Source: an uncultured Chloroflexia bacterium
GTDB taxonomy: Bacteria; Chloroflexota; Chloroflexia; Thermomicrobiales; UBA6265
Reading direction: 5' to 3'
Assembly (NCBI GenBank): GCA_963724295.1
Contig: CAVRUC010000005.1
Coordinates: forward strand, 256,001 to 320,000
Length of the DNA stretch: 64,000 bases
A model generated the notes under the pieces. The model was given only the letters and a program-made list of their open reading frames with translations, had not been told where the DNA came from and did not search any database. Below, one piece after another: positions 31,826 to 42,366 of this stretch. How positions within the stretch are numbered: the first letter of the stretch is position 1; every line of letters begins with the position of its first letter. The position numbers and the translations under genes were made by a program.

Positions 31826-32755
31826 ATGCTGAACGTCGCGGACGCGGAAGCCTTCCTCGCGGCCCGCTTCGGGCGTGACATCAGCGAGGTATCGCCCATT
31901 GGGCAAGGCGCATGGTCGCGCGCCTATGCGTTTCGACGTGACGGCACCGAGTACATCGTCCGCTTCAGCGCGCAGGATGAAGACTTTCGCAAAGACAGCA
32001 TCGCGGCGCGGTACAGCTCGCGTGAATTGCCGATCCCAGCCGTCATCGAGATCGGTGAGACCGATGACGGCTTCTTCGCGATTTCGGAACGTGCCGCGGG
32101 CGGGTTCCTCGACGATCTCGACCAGGGGAAAATGCGAGGGATGTTGCCGGCTCTTTTCGCCGCGCTCGACGCGACCCGGCAGGTCGATCTCTCGGTATCT
32201 TCCGGCTACGGCAGCTGGGGTGCGGACGGGAATGCACCGCATGCGAGCTGGCGCGCGGCATTGCTCGCCATCGCGGAGGACCAGCCGGGCGAGCGAACAC
32301 ATGGCTGGCGCGAGCGTCTCGAAACCTCGCCCACGGGTTCCGAGCCGTTCAACGAAGCCTTTGCCCGCCTCGATGCGCTGATTCCGGACGGAGCGGTGGA
32401 GCGGCATCTCATCCATAGCGACCTGCTCAATTTCAATGTCCTGGTCGAAGACGGCCGGATCAGCGCGGTCATCGATTGGGGCTGCGCGATGTACGGTGAT
32501 TTTCTCTACGACCTCGCCTGGTTCGATTTCTGGTCGCCCTGGTATCCGGCCTGGCGCGGGATCGATTTTCGGGATGAGGCCGCGCGTCACTACAGGTCCA
32601 TTGGCCTCGACGTACCGCGTTTCCAGGAGCGGTTGACTTGCTGCCAGATCCACATCGGCCTGGCAGCCCAGGCCTACAACGCCTTCAAGGGGCGATGGGA
32701 CGCGCTCGAAGTGACGGCGCGCCGCACGCTCGAGGTGGCACGCGTGGGTCGGTGA
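31826..32755 (+). CDS. Aminoglycoside phosphotransferase (APH/kinase-like) family protein
   Basis: GQGAWSRAY, LIHSDLLNFNVL, VIDWGCAMYGDFLYD. Confidence 0.85.
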   Translation: MLNVADAEAFLAARFGRDISEVSPIGQGAWSRAYAFRRDGTEYIVRFSAQDEDFRKDSIAARYSSRELPIPAVIEIGETDDGFFAISERAAGGFLDDLDQGKMRGMLPALFAALDATRQVDLSVSSGYGSWGADGNAPHASWRAALLAIAEDQPGERTHGWRERLETSPTGSEPFNEAFARLDALIPDGAVERHLIHSDLLNFNVLVEDGRISAVIDWGCAMYGDFLYDLAWFDFWSPWYPAWRGIDFRDEAARHYRSIGLDVPRFQERLTCCQIHIGLAAQAYNAFKGRWDALEVTARRTLEVARVGR

Positions 32756-32903
32756 AGCGTGGCAACCGATTCGCCGAGAGCGGCGTTCGTGGCATAGGAC
32801 AACCCTGCTCTGGTTGGAGCGGTTCGAACCGCAATTGACCCGAAAGCTTCTGCTGTTCAGACTGTTATCAGAAAGCATTCTCAGCATCTACATAAGGTCT
32901 GGC

Positions 32904-35309
32904 ATGGCCGCGCCTGCATCATCGTCACTCGCTGGAGAGCTCCCCATTCCGCGCACCCGGCTCATTGGCCGGGAAGCCGAGCGTGCCGCCGCACGGGCCT
33001 CTCTGCTAGAGGAGAACGACGCACTCCTGACCCTGACCGGTCCCGGCGGGGTGGGCAAGACGCGCCTGGCCCTGGCGATCGCCCATGACCTAACGTCGCG
33101 GTTCGCCGACGGCATTGCCTGGATTGATCTGGCCCCACTGCGCGATCCGGCGCTCTTGTCCGGCACTGTGGCCGAGGCGCTTGGGTTAGGCCCACCGGCT
33201 GGTAGCGCAGTCAAGCAGCAGCTCGCCGGCTACCTCCGCTCGCGCCAAACCTTGCTGCTTCTCGATAACTGCGAGCATGTCCTGGAAGAGACCGCGGATC
33301 TGATTGGATATCTTCTCTCTCGCTCACCCGCGATGCAGGTTCTCGCTACCAGCCGGGCACACCTGCGCGTCCGCGGCGAGCAGGTGCTGCCGGTTGAGCC
33401 CTTGCCCGTGCCCACGAGTGCGATGCTGTCGCTGGAGGAGGGCACGCGGAACGAGGCGGTCTGCCTCTTTGTCGAGCGGGCTCACGCCGTGCGCCCGGCC
33501 TTTGCTTTGACCGAGAGCAACACCTCCACGGTCGCGGCGCTCTGCCGGCAGCTGGATGGCTTACCACTGGCGATTGAGCTGGCGGCGGCGCGGACCACGA
33601 CGCTGTCGCCGGAGGCCCTCCTGGCCCAGCTCAGCCACCGCCTCCACCTCCTGAGCGGGGGTGCGCGCGATCTCCCACCCCGGCAGCAAACCATGGCGGC
33701 CACCATCGCCTGGTCGTACGACCTACTGACTCCGAATGTGCAAGACCTCCTTCGGCGTCTTTCGGTCTTTGTCGGCGGGTTCACGCGGGAGGCCGTGCAG
33801 GCGATAGCGGCGTCCACGGTCCGAGAACCAGTTGAGATCGAGGCGAGTCTGGCCACGCTGGTCGACCAAAATCTGGTGCGATGGACGGACGGGGACGACA
33901 CATCCCGCTTCATGATGCTCGAGACGATCCGCGAGTACGCGTGGGGTCAGCTCACTGCCAGTGCCGAGAGGACAGCCGCTCGTGACGCCCATGCCGCCTA
34001 CTTCCTGGCCCTGGCCGAAGAAGCGATGCCGTACCTCACGAGCACCGCGGACCCAGTCTGGCTCGATAGACTGGAAGCCGAGCACGACAATCTGCTAGCG
34101 GCGCTGGGTTGGCTTGCCGACAGCGGTGAAGTCGCCGCGACCGTTCGCCTCGCCGGGGCGCTCGGCTGGTTCTGGTACTACCACGGTCACTTTCAGGAAG
34201 GCCGGGCCTGGCTGGAACACGCGCTGGCCATGGATGCAGACGATGCGACTGGCACCGCACCGGTGGCCGCCCGCGCGGACGTGTTGGTCGGGCTTGGCGT
34301 GTTGCTGCATACCCTGGGTGAGGGCGATCGGGCGGTGACACTCCTGCGGACGGGGGCGGCGCTGCGGCTGGCGGAGGGCGACGACTTGGGGAGGGCCTAC
34401 GCGGAGAGCCTGCGCGGCGGTGCCCTGGTCAGTCTCGGCCGGTACGACGAAGCCGAGAGTATTTTCGTAGAGGTGCTTCCGTCCTACACAGGTCACGTGA
34501 TGGCTGGCCATGCGCTCTTCCACCTTGGTCTGGTCGCCTACACGCAAGACGATCCTGAGCGGGCGAGAGCGCTCTTCCTTGAGGCAGTAGAGCTGTTCGA
34601 TGCGAGGCAGTCCTGGCTCGACGCCATCGAGCCCCTGCACTATCTCGGGTTGAATGCCTGTGCGGCGGACGATCTTCCGGCCGCGGCGACTTTCTTTGGA
34701 GAAGCACTCGTCCGGTTGCGCGTTCGCCGCAGCCGGGTCGACTTTGCAAACGGGTTCGCGGACGTGGCTACCCTGGCGGCGGCGCATGGCGACTTGGTGG
34801 CCGCCGCCCGCCTCTTGGGCGCCGCCGACGCAATCCGGCGGGAGGATGGGGCACCATTCCCACTGCCGGCCCGCATCGCCTATGAGCGCGTGGCAGATCA
34901 TGCCCGGGTCGAACTAGGCGACGCGGCGTGGTCGGCCGCGTATGCCGCAGGGGCAGCGCTGTCGCTGGATCACGCGCTGCTCGAGGCAGAGGCGGCCGTG
35001 AGGGCCGATGCCACTTCACCACCGGCGGCGGCTGCCGCGTCTCAGGATCTCCAGACCGAGCCTTCTGCCACGGAGACCGCAGCGGCGATCCTCACCCGGC
35101 GCGAGCGCGACGTTCTGGGGCTGCTCTGCCAGCGTCTGACCGACCCGGAGATCGCCGCGGCTCTTTTCCTGAGCCCGCGAACGGCTAGTAACCACGTGGC
35201 CAATATCCTGGCCAAGCTGGGCGCGGCAAACCGCCGCGAAGCCGCCGCCCTTGCTGCCCGTCACGGGCTGATCCAGGCCCTCTCAGCCGCGGACCCCAGA
35301 ACTAAGTAG
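32904..35309 (+). CDS. Large ATPase-TPR-LuxR transcriptional regulator
   Basis: LTGPGGVGKTRLA, LLDNCEH, LDGLPLAIELAAAR, C-terminal LTRRERDVL...LSPRTASNHVANILAKLG. Confidence 0.92.
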   Translation: MAAPASSSLAGELPIPRTRLIGREAERAAARASLLEENDALLTLTGPGGVGKTRLALAIAHDLTSRFADGIAWIDLAPLRDPALLSGTVAEALGLGPPAGSAVKQQLAGYLRSRQTLLLLDNCEHVLEETADLIGYLLSRSPAMQVLATSRAHLRVRGEQVLPVEPLPVPTSAMLSLEEGTRNEAVCLFVERAHAVRPAFALTESNTSTVAALCRQLDGLPLAIELAAARTTTLSPEALLAQLSHRLHLLSGGARDLPPRQQTMAATIAWSYDLLTPNVQDLLRRLSVFVGGFTREAVQAIAASTVREPVEIEASLATLVDQNLVRWTDGDDTSRFMMLETIREYAWGQLTASAERTAARDAHAAYFLALAEEAMPYLTSTADPVWLDRLEAEHDNLLAALGWLADSGEVAATVRLAGALGWFWYYHGHFQEGRAWLEHALAMDADDATGTAPVAARADVLVGLGVLLHTLGEGDRAVTLLRTGAALRLAEGDDLGRAYAESLRGGALVSLGRYDEAESIFVEVLPSYTGHVMAGHALFHLGLVAYTQDDPERARALFLEAVELFDARQSWLDAIEPLHYLGLNACAADDLPAAATFFGEALVRLRVRRSRVDFANGFADVATLAAAHGDLVAAARLLGAADAIRREDGAPFPLPARIAYERVADHARVELGDAAWSAAYAAGAALSLDHALLEAEAAVRADATSPPAAAAASQDLQTEPSATETAAAILTRRERDVLGLLCQRLTDPEIAAALFLSPRTASNHVANILAKLGAANRREAAALAARHGLIQALSAADPRTK

Positions 35310-35323
35310 GTTTCCGAGTAGGT
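35305..35323 (+). promoter_or_regulatory. Direct repeat AGTAGGT-N5-AGTAGGT, putative operator for the LuxR regulator
   Basis: Lies at the regulator stop codon, upstream of the FAD oxidase. Confidence 0.35.
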
Positions 35324-35413
35324 CTTGCTCATGCCAGGAGCGCGCATCGAGCGCACTCTAAGAGCACGGCAGCGAGCCGATGAACGTGTGGCGTGAAGGA
35401 TGAGGTGAACCCC

Positions 35414-36847
35414 ATGAGCGTGATCTCCCCGGCAGCGACGTCACGGACCTTCGACCCCGGCGTCATTGCCAACTTGCGCGAGGCGCTCACCGGAAGCGTG
35501 GTCATCCCGAGCGACCCGGAATACGACCACGCCCGCGCCGTCTGGAACGGCATGATCGATCGCTACCCGGCTCTCGTTGCACGCTGTGCCACGGCCGGCG
35601 ACGTGATCGCGGCCGTGGCCTTCGCCTTAGCCCACGACCTGCCGGTGGCGGTGCGCGGCGGCGGACACAGCGTGGCGGGACATTCGACCTGCGACGGCGG
35701 CATCGTGATCGATCTTTCACCGATGAAGCAGATCGACGTCGATCCTAATGCTCGCATCGCCCGTGCCGGTGCGGGCGTAACCTGGGGTGAGCTTGACTCG
35801 GCTACGCAAGAGTACGGGCTGGCGACCCCGGGTGGGGTCTTCTCCCGTACCGGCATCGCCGGCCTGACCCTCGGCGGCGGCTACGGCTGGCTGAGCGCGA
35901 CGTACGGTCTCTCATGCGACAACTTGATCGAGGCCGAGGTGGTCACCGCCGACGGCCGGGTGATCGTCACCAGCGAGGAGGAGAACCCTGAGCTTCTTTG
36001 GGGATTGCGCGGCGGCGGCGGCAATTTCGGGATCGTCACCCGGTTCACCTACTGGCTCCATCCTGTCGAACCACAGTCGTATCTCGCCGTCGTCCTCCAT
36101 GATGGTGAGGGCGAGGCGACGGAGCGGGCATTGCGGTTTTATCGCGACTTCTGTGCCGCGGCGCCTGACGAGGTCAATCTGATTGCGGTCTGCGGTGTGG
36201 TGCCCGCCCACGAGGGGGTGTACCCGATAGCAACCCATGGCCGGCGGTACGTGATGCTCGGCGGGCACTACGTCGGACCAGCCGCCGAGGGCGAGCGCAT
36301 CCTGCGGCCGCTGCGCGAGTTTGCCGAGCCGCTCGTCGATTTCAGCGGCGACATGCCGTACGTCGACGTCCAGCAGCTGTGGGACGAGGAGTATCCCGAC
36401 GGGGACCGCTACTACTGGAAATCACTGAATATGTCTCGATTCGATGACGAAGCCATCACCCGCATCGCCACCCATGCCCCCAGGCAGCCCTCGCCCCTGA
36501 GCACGACCGACATCTGGCACGTGGGCGGCGCGGTCAAGCGGGCGCCGGCGGACGGGAGCGCCTTCCGTGGCCGAAATGCCGCTTTTCTGCTCAGCCCGTC
36601 GAGCCACTGGGTCGATGCGACCGATGACGCAAGCAACGTAGGATGGGCACGTGAGTTCATTGCCGCCATGGAGCCCTACTCCGACGGCAGCCGCTACCTG
36701 AACTTTGCTGGCTTCCAGGAGGAAGGCGAGGCGATGATGCGCTCAAGCTTCGGTCCACACTATGAGCGGCTGCTCACGCTGAAGCGGCGCTACGACCCGA
36801 CGAACCTCTTTCGTCTCAATCAGAACATCGACCCGGCCGGTGGCTGA
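35414..36847 (+). CDS. FAD-binding oxidoreductase (berberine-bridge/6-HDNO-like)
   Basis: VRGGGHSVAG, GLTLGGGYG, LRGGGGNFGIVT, YLNF, KRRYDPTNLFRLNQN. Confidence 0.92.
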   Translation: MSVISPAATSRTFDPGVIANLREALTGSVVIPSDPEYDHARAVWNGMIDRYPALVARCATAGDVIAAVAFALAHDLPVAVRGGGHSVAGHSTCDGGIVIDLSPMKQIDVDPNARIARAGAGVTWGELDSATQEYGLATPGGVFSRTGIAGLTLGGGYGWLSATYGLSCDNLIEAEVVTADGRVIVTSEEENPELLWGLRGGGGNFGIVTRFTYWLHPVEPQSYLAVVLHDGEGEATERALRFYRDFCAAAPDEVNLIAVCGVVPAHEGVYPIATHGRRYVMLGGHYVGPAAEGERILRPLREFAEPLVDFSGDMPYVDVQQLWDEEYPDGDRYYWKSLNMSRFDDEAITRIATHAPRQPSPLSTTDIWHVGGAVKRAPADGSAFRGRNAAFLLSPSSHWVDATDDASNVGWAREFIAAMEPYSDGSRYLNFAGFQEEGEAMMRSSFGPHYERLLTLKRRYDPTNLFRLNQNIDPAGG

Positions 36848-36877
36848 TGGCCCGCCGATCACCCTGACCCGCCACAA

Positions 36878-38251
36878 TCATGAGCCACCGCTGCGACGGA
36901 CCGCGGCGATGGCTCCGGTAGCCAGTAACAAGAGCGGACCGCCGATCCCAACCACGGCGCCGACCAGTGCGAGCGTCATTGGTGGGCCAAAGCGTGGAGT
37001 GAGCCACCCGACAAGACCGAACCCGGCCGCTCCGGCGAGGGTGACCGCGCCCAACCAGGTCGCGTAGACGCGGCCTCGCATGCCATCTGGAACCGCCTCT
37101 GCCAGATACGTCTGCATGGCGATGACCGCCCAGGCATCGGTGAAGCCGAGGATGAACAGGCAGGCGAAGAGGACGGGCAGCGGCGGCGTGAACCCGGCCG
37201 GGACGAGCATCAGCGGCGCCAGGTACCCGATCGCCATCAGCCGCATGCGACCGATCCGCTTTTCCACGGTTCGCGCCACCAAGGCCCCAAGCGCGGTCCC
37301 GGCGGCGAAGGTCGCCGTCAGCAGCGAGAAGACAGTGGCGGCGTCATCGCCGAGGCGTAACGTCTCTTCGACAAAGAGAAGGATGCCGACGACCAGCGCG
37401 GCGGTCACCAATTGCCAGAGCATCTCGACCGCGGTGATGCCGCGCACGATCGCGTTGTCGCGCACCACCCGCAGTCCGTCCGCGATCTCGCGCCGAACTG
37501 CCTCAGCAAGGCTTGTCGTCCTTTCCTCGCGTTGGACCGGTGGCAGCACGACCCCGGCGATGCAGCCGGCGGAAACGAGAAAGCAAAGCGACTGCAGACC
37601 AAACGCCGGTCGTGGTCCCAGCGCGGCGATGACGCCGGCGGCCAGAGCAGGGCCGACGATGCGGACGATGCTGGCCGCCACCTGGGACACGGAGAGCGCC
37701 GGCACCAGCTGGCCCGGCGGCACGACCATGGGCACGGCGGCCAGCTCGGCTGGGCGAGCGAGGGCGTTGCCGACGGCGACCATCATCGCCAGGAGCGCGA
37801 TCTGCCAGGCACTATTCGTAAACGGTAGCAGCGCGACGAGCCCGGCCCGGCCGAGATCGGCGCCTAGGACGATGCGGCGTCGATCCAGGCTGTCGGCAAG
37901 CATGCCGGCGATCGGGGCGAGCACCACGCGCGGCAGCAGCTGCAGGATGAAGATCAGGCTGAGCAATTCCGCGGAGCCGGTCAGCCCGTAAACGAGCAAC
38001 GGCATCGCCACGAGGGCGATCGCTTCACCAAGCTGGGAACCCAGCTGCGCCAGCCAGAGCCGCCTGAACGCCGGAATGGCGAGGACGCCGCGAAATCCAC
38101 CGCGACCGGGCGCCTCAGCGATCCCCTCCTCGATTGAGCTCGATGCGGTCGCACTCGGACCAGTGGCGTTCGGTGTAATGGAACCTCGCCCTCCTGACCC
38201 ATGCTTGCGTCGGTCGGTCGCCAGCGGCGATTGTCGGCGATCTGATGGCAT
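36878..38251 (-). CDS. MFS transporter (DHA3/MefA-like)
   Basis: FRRLWLAQLGSQLG, GMLADSLDRRR, ~12 TM; start uncertain. Confidence 0.9.
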   Translation of the reverse strand: MPSDRRQSPLATDRRKHGSGGRGSITPNATGPSATASSSIEEGIAEAPGRGGFRGVLAIPAFRRLWLAQLGSQLGEAIALVAMPLLVYGLTGSAELLSLIFILQLLPRVVLAPIAGMLADSLDRRRIVLGADLGRAGLVALLPFTNSAWQIALLAMMVAVGNALARPAELAAVPMVVPPGQLVPALSVSQVAASIVRIVGPALAAGVIAALGPRPAFGLQSLCFLVSAGCIAGVVLPPVQREERTTSLAEAVRREIADGLRVVRDNAIVRGITAVEMLWQLVTAALVVGILLFVEETLRLGDDAATVFSLLTATFAAGTALGALVARTVEKRIGRMRLMAIGYLAPLMLVPAGFTPPLPVLFACLFILGFTDAWAVIAMQTYLAEAVPDGMRGRVYATWLGAVTLAGAAGFGLVGWLTPRFGPPMTLALVGAVVGIGGPLLLLATGAIAAVRRSGGS

Positions 38252-38340
38252 CTCGGGTGTTGGTGTGTCTCTCGTTATCTATTGAGATCGTGCCAGCAAA
38301 GGCGTAGAATCGCCGTTGGATCTATACATCCAGCCGCAAC

Positions 38341-39798
38341 ATGAACGGGATTCGACCGCCTGATGGTCGGGGGAGCAGTTCCGTGTCTCGCCAGATCCTC
38401 TTTGAACGCGTCGCGGGGCCGGGGCCGCTGAGATTGATTCTCGCCGTCGTGCTGATGACGCTTCTGGTCGTCGCTGGCTCGGTCCTCACCGGTGTCCGTC
38501 CGTGGCCGCTGGTCGGCACGACGATGGCCAGAGCGCCAGAGATCCACGAGGTCGTCTTGACGGCAGAGGAGATCGACTGGGAGATCATGCCGGGCACGAC
38601 AGTGCGGGCCTGGGCCTACAACGGCCAGATGCCCGGACCGGTCGTTCGCGTCCGTGAGGGCGACCTGGTGCGCATCACCTTGCGCAACCACTTGCCGGTC
38701 GGCACGACGATCCACTGGCACGGGGTCAACCTGGCGCCGGAGATGGACGGTCCGGTCGGTCTCAACCAGGCCGCCGTCGAGCCGGGCGAAGACTTCGTCT
38801 ACGAATTCGTCGCCACCCCGGGCGGCACCCGCTGGTACCACTCGCACGCCGACCCCACGGCCCAGATCGCGCTTGGCCTCTACGGTGCCCTGATCGTCGA
38901 GCCGCAGGAGCCAATGCGCACCTACGACCGAGACTACACCTACATCCTGAACGAGTGGGACTTGGAGTTAACGCCAGACGTGGCGACCGGCAAGACGCCA
39001 CGGGGTGTGCGCGACCAGATCCTCCGCGGTGGCGAGTTGGGGACAGATCTGTTTCTGATGAACGGTCACGCCCATGAGAGCATCCCGCCGATCAAGCTCG
39101 CCGAGGGAGACCGCGTTCTGATCCGGCTGATCAACGCCGGGAACCTGCCCCACGCCATCCACACCCACGGCCACTCCTTCAAGATCGTCGCCACCGATGG
39201 CAACGACGTCCCGGAGGGGATGGCGCTTGTCAAGGACACCGTGCTCATCGGACCCGGCGAGCGCTACGACCTGGAGCTCGATGGAAGTAACCCCGGGGTG
39301 TGGATGTTCCATTGCCACATGGAGAACCACGCCGCCAACGGGATGATGTCCCTCATTCAGTACGATGGGGCGGTTCCGACTGGTCCCGTGGGCGCGTTCT
39401 TCACCCCCGATGGTGGCGTGGCCGCTGGGGCATCCGAGCACATGCATGGTGTACCCACCGCTGTTCCTGCCTCCGAGAAGGAGGTTGTCCCCGACAGCGG
39501 TGATCCTGCTAGTGGGGCAGATACGTCGCAATCACCGAGCACTGAGGTCGAGATCGCCTTGGTCGATGACCGATTCGACCCGCCGGAGTTAACCATCCCG
39601 GTGGGAACCACGGTGCGGTTTGTGAACCGTGGGGCGAACTGGCACAGTGTCGCTGCCTTCGATGGCAGCTTCGATTCGGGCCGGGTTGACCCGGGGAGCT
39701 CGTTCGCGGTGCGGCTCGACGTTCCGGGCGTGTACGACATCATCTGCAAGCATCATGGGCTGCGGGGGATGGTGGGCCGCATTACTGTCACCGAGTGA
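38341..39798 (+). CDS. Two-domain multicopper oxidase fused to a C-terminal cupredoxin
   Basis: IHWHG, WYHSH, HAIHTHGH, WMFHCHMENH...M; C-terminal WHSV...CKHHGLRGM. Confidence 0.9.
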   Translation: MNGIRPPDGRGSSSVSRQILFERVAGPGPLRLILAVVLMTLLVVAGSVLTGVRPWPLVGTTMARAPEIHEVVLTAEEIDWEIMPGTTVRAWAYNGQMPGPVVRVREGDLVRITLRNHLPVGTTIHWHGVNLAPEMDGPVGLNQAAVEPGEDFVYEFVATPGGTRWYHSHADPTAQIALGLYGALIVEPQEPMRTYDRDYTYILNEWDLELTPDVATGKTPRGVRDQILRGGELGTDLFLMNGHAHESIPPIKLAEGDRVLIRLINAGNLPHAIHTHGHSFKIVATDGNDVPEGMALVKDTVLIGPGERYDLELDGSNPGVWMFHCHMENHAANGMMSLIQYDGAVPTGPVGAFFTPDGGVAAGASEHMHGVPTAVPASEKEVVPDSGDPASGADTSQSPSTEVEIALVDDRFDPPELTIPVGTTVRFVNRGANWHSVAAFDGSFDSGRVDPGSSFAVRLDVPGVYDIICKHHGLRGMVGRITVTE

Positions 39799-39939
39799 AT
39801 CGTCACCGGGCGACCTGCCGATTCGGGTAAAGGAGGTAAGCGGCGAGCGATACAACGGCAGTGACCTGGCGGGAAGCATCTTCTTGAATCCGACGACGAG
39901 ATCCCGGCATCGACGAGCTAACTAACAAGGAGCACCACT

Positions 39940-41229
39940 ATGGACAGCACCAGGCACCGAATGGCGGCACAGGTTCTCCGGCGCTACCGGGCGGGAAAAA
40001 TGCCCCGGCGTGAAGCCCTCCGGCTGCTCGGCGCACTCGGTCTGACGACCGCCGGAATTGGCGCGTTCGGGCTCGCAGCCGTCAGCACGAAGTCAACCAG
40101 CGCTGGCTCGGTGGCTCGCGGCGGGGTGCACGCCGGGCACGGCAGCCTGTACGCGGCGTTACTGGGGCAAGATCCCGGAACACCCGCTGCCGTCGCTCCA
40201 CCCACTCCTGGCGAGCAACCCGATGGCACGTACCTGTGGCGGGTGCAGGTGGCTGGCACGGATGAGGAGAATCTCATCGATACGCAGGCCTTCTTCCCGA
40301 AGGAGATCACGATCAATGCCGGTGACGAGATTTACTTCGAGTTTCCGAACCCACCGGGATTCCACACGGTGACGTTCCTATCCGGCGAAGAGGTGCCGCC
40401 ACTGTTCGTTCCCGACGAGGAGGGAGCCCCGACGGCGAGCCCAGCGGCCGGGCCGCCGACGTTAGTGCTCAACCCCCAAGTGGCGTTCCACTCGGGGCAG
40501 GACACCTATGACGGCACTGGTTTCCTCAACTCCGGTCTCGACGTGGTGCGACTCCCGGGTGACCCGCCCTTCGTGCTCACCTTCACCACGCCGGGTACGT
40601 ACGAATACCAGTGCATCCCGCACGGGGTCGTGATGAAGGCCACTGTCATCGTCCAGGAGGCGGGAACTGCGCACCCGGAGGACCAGGCTGCCGTCGATGC
40701 CCGCGCGGAGGAGGAGCGCGCCGCCCTCATCGAGGAGGGGATGGCCGAGACCGCCGAGTACGCCGAGGCCGTCGCGACTGCTCGCGACGACGGGACCACG
40801 CTCTGGGAGGTTGCCGCCGGCGCCGGTGAGGGACAGGCGCGGGTGCTGCGGTTCCTGCCTGATGCGCTCGAGATCAAGGCCGGCGATACGGTGCGCTGGG
40901 TCAATCATTCGAAGACCGAGCCGCACACGGTGACATTCCTCGGCGCCGGTGTTGAGCAGCCGGAGGATATCGCCGTCGAGCCGCAGCCGGACGGACCGCC
41001 GAAGATCATCCAGAACCCACTGACGCTCTTCCCTCAGGGGGGTGATGTCTATAGCGGCGAGGGCTATGTCAATTCCGGGTTCCTGGGTGAGCTCAATGGC
41101 GAACCGTTGCCCGGCGGCACTGAGTACGAGCTGACCTTCGATACCGCCGGGGAGTTCCCCTATTACTGCATCCTCCACGCCAGTGGGCCGGAAGGACCGG
41201 GCATGGCCGGTACGATTACCGTGACGTAG
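39940..41229 (+). CDS. Tat-exported protein with two plastocyanin/azurin-like domains
   Basis: PRREALR signal; HTVTF...YQCIPHGVVM and HTVTF...YYCILH...GM. Confidence 0.85.
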   Translation: MDSTRHRMAAQVLRRYRAGKMPRREALRLLGALGLTTAGIGAFGLAAVSTKSTSAGSVARGGVHAGHGSLYAALLGQDPGTPAAVAPPTPGEQPDGTYLWRVQVAGTDEENLIDTQAFFPKEITINAGDEIYFEFPNPPGFHTVTFLSGEEVPPLFVPDEEGAPTASPAAGPPTLVLNPQVAFHSGQDTYDGTGFLNSGLDVVRLPGDPPFVLTFTTPGTYEYQCIPHGVVMKATVIVQEAGTAHPEDQAAVDARAEEERAALIEEGMAETAEYAEAVATARDDGTTLWEVAAGAGEGQARVLRFLPDALEIKAGDTVRWVNHSKTEPHTVTFLGAGVEQPEDIAVEPQPDGPPKIIQNPLTLFPQGGDVYSGEGYVNSGFLGELNGEPLPGGTEYELTFDTAGEFPYYCILHASGPEGPGMAGTITVT

Positions 41230-41253
41230 GGAGCCGCGCAGTTGCTGCCTTCA

Positions 41254-41279
41254 CCCCTCCCCGGGATCCCGGGGAGGGG
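41254..41279. terminator. Perfect 26-bp palindrome after the copper gene pair
   Basis: CCCCTCCCCGGGATCCCGGGGAGGGG. Confidence 0.55.
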
Positions 41280-41461
41280 ATACGCGTGCCAACTCCAACA
41301 TGATGGAGTGAAACCTGTGCCATTGCTGCCGCGTATGCAGAATAGAGGTCCGGCGCACTGGCCAGGACGTGACGGCAAGCGCCGGATGGTCGCAGAGTAT
41401 GCTTGGGGCCGGGTTCAGGTTCTGCCCGCTCCAATGATCCCGGAACCCGCGGAGGGAATTC

Positions 41462-42264
41462 GTGTCCGTTCTGACGACTAAGCGAAATCGGCGTTTGCTC
41501 CTCGCGGAGCTGGCGGCCGCTGCAGTGACTGCGCTGTCCGGGATCCGTCCGGGTCCGGCCACCGCTCAGGGCGGCGAAGTAACCCCGGATGGCCGCACCT
41601 ACACGGCGTACGTGCCGGCGGCAACCAAGACCGGGCAGTTTTATCAGTACTCGTGTGAATTCGACGCCTCATGGGTCGTCCTGGCCACGTTCGGCAAGGA
41701 CGTGTCGTTCGAGGAGCAATTGGACGTCGTCGGGCATGACATTTCGGTCGAGCCGTACTTCGAGGAGACCGCGGAGGGCTTCGTCATCTACGGCGGTGAC
41801 ATCACCAGTGCCTTCTGTGGCGACTACACGAGCAATATGCTGGCGCGGTCGACCGGCACCGCCTTCCTGCCCCTCTTCGAGCATTACGGACTCGGGGCCG
41901 AAACGGTGAAGACGCGCGAGGAGATCGAAGCTGCCCTGGACCGGAGCGGCCTGGTCTGGACGAAGGCCACGGTCGACTTCCAGCCCTGGGCGGACACGAC
42001 CTGGCTACACCGAGTGGTAAGTCGGTGCCAACCGTGCTTGGCAACGACCACGCGGTCGTGGTCATGGGCTACAACGATGATGGCGTGGTCATCCGGGACG
42101 TTCTGGGCCCAACCAATACCAATTGGGAGCGGGCGTACGAATACGATGTCCCCTGGGAGACCTTCCTCGCCGTCTTCGAAGCCCAGGGTTCAGACGGTGT
42201 CGCCGTCTTCCCCCCGGATGACGAGTCAGCCTCCCCGCTCCGTACGATCCAACCGGCTGGCTAG
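41462..42264 (+). CDS. Exported C39-like (papain-fold) peptidase; frameshift near 42005
   Basis: QFYQYSCE (catalytic Cys) in frame 1; NDHAVVVMGYNDDGVVIRDVLG (His/Asp) in frame 2. Confidence 0.7.
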
Positions 42265-42366
42265 ATCGAACCGGCGGATCCCCTGAAGATCTGCTGCTCG
42301 AGCCGAGACACAGCGCCATCAACGAGTCACGTCGTCTATGCAAGTCAGGCGACGTCGGTGTGGCTC

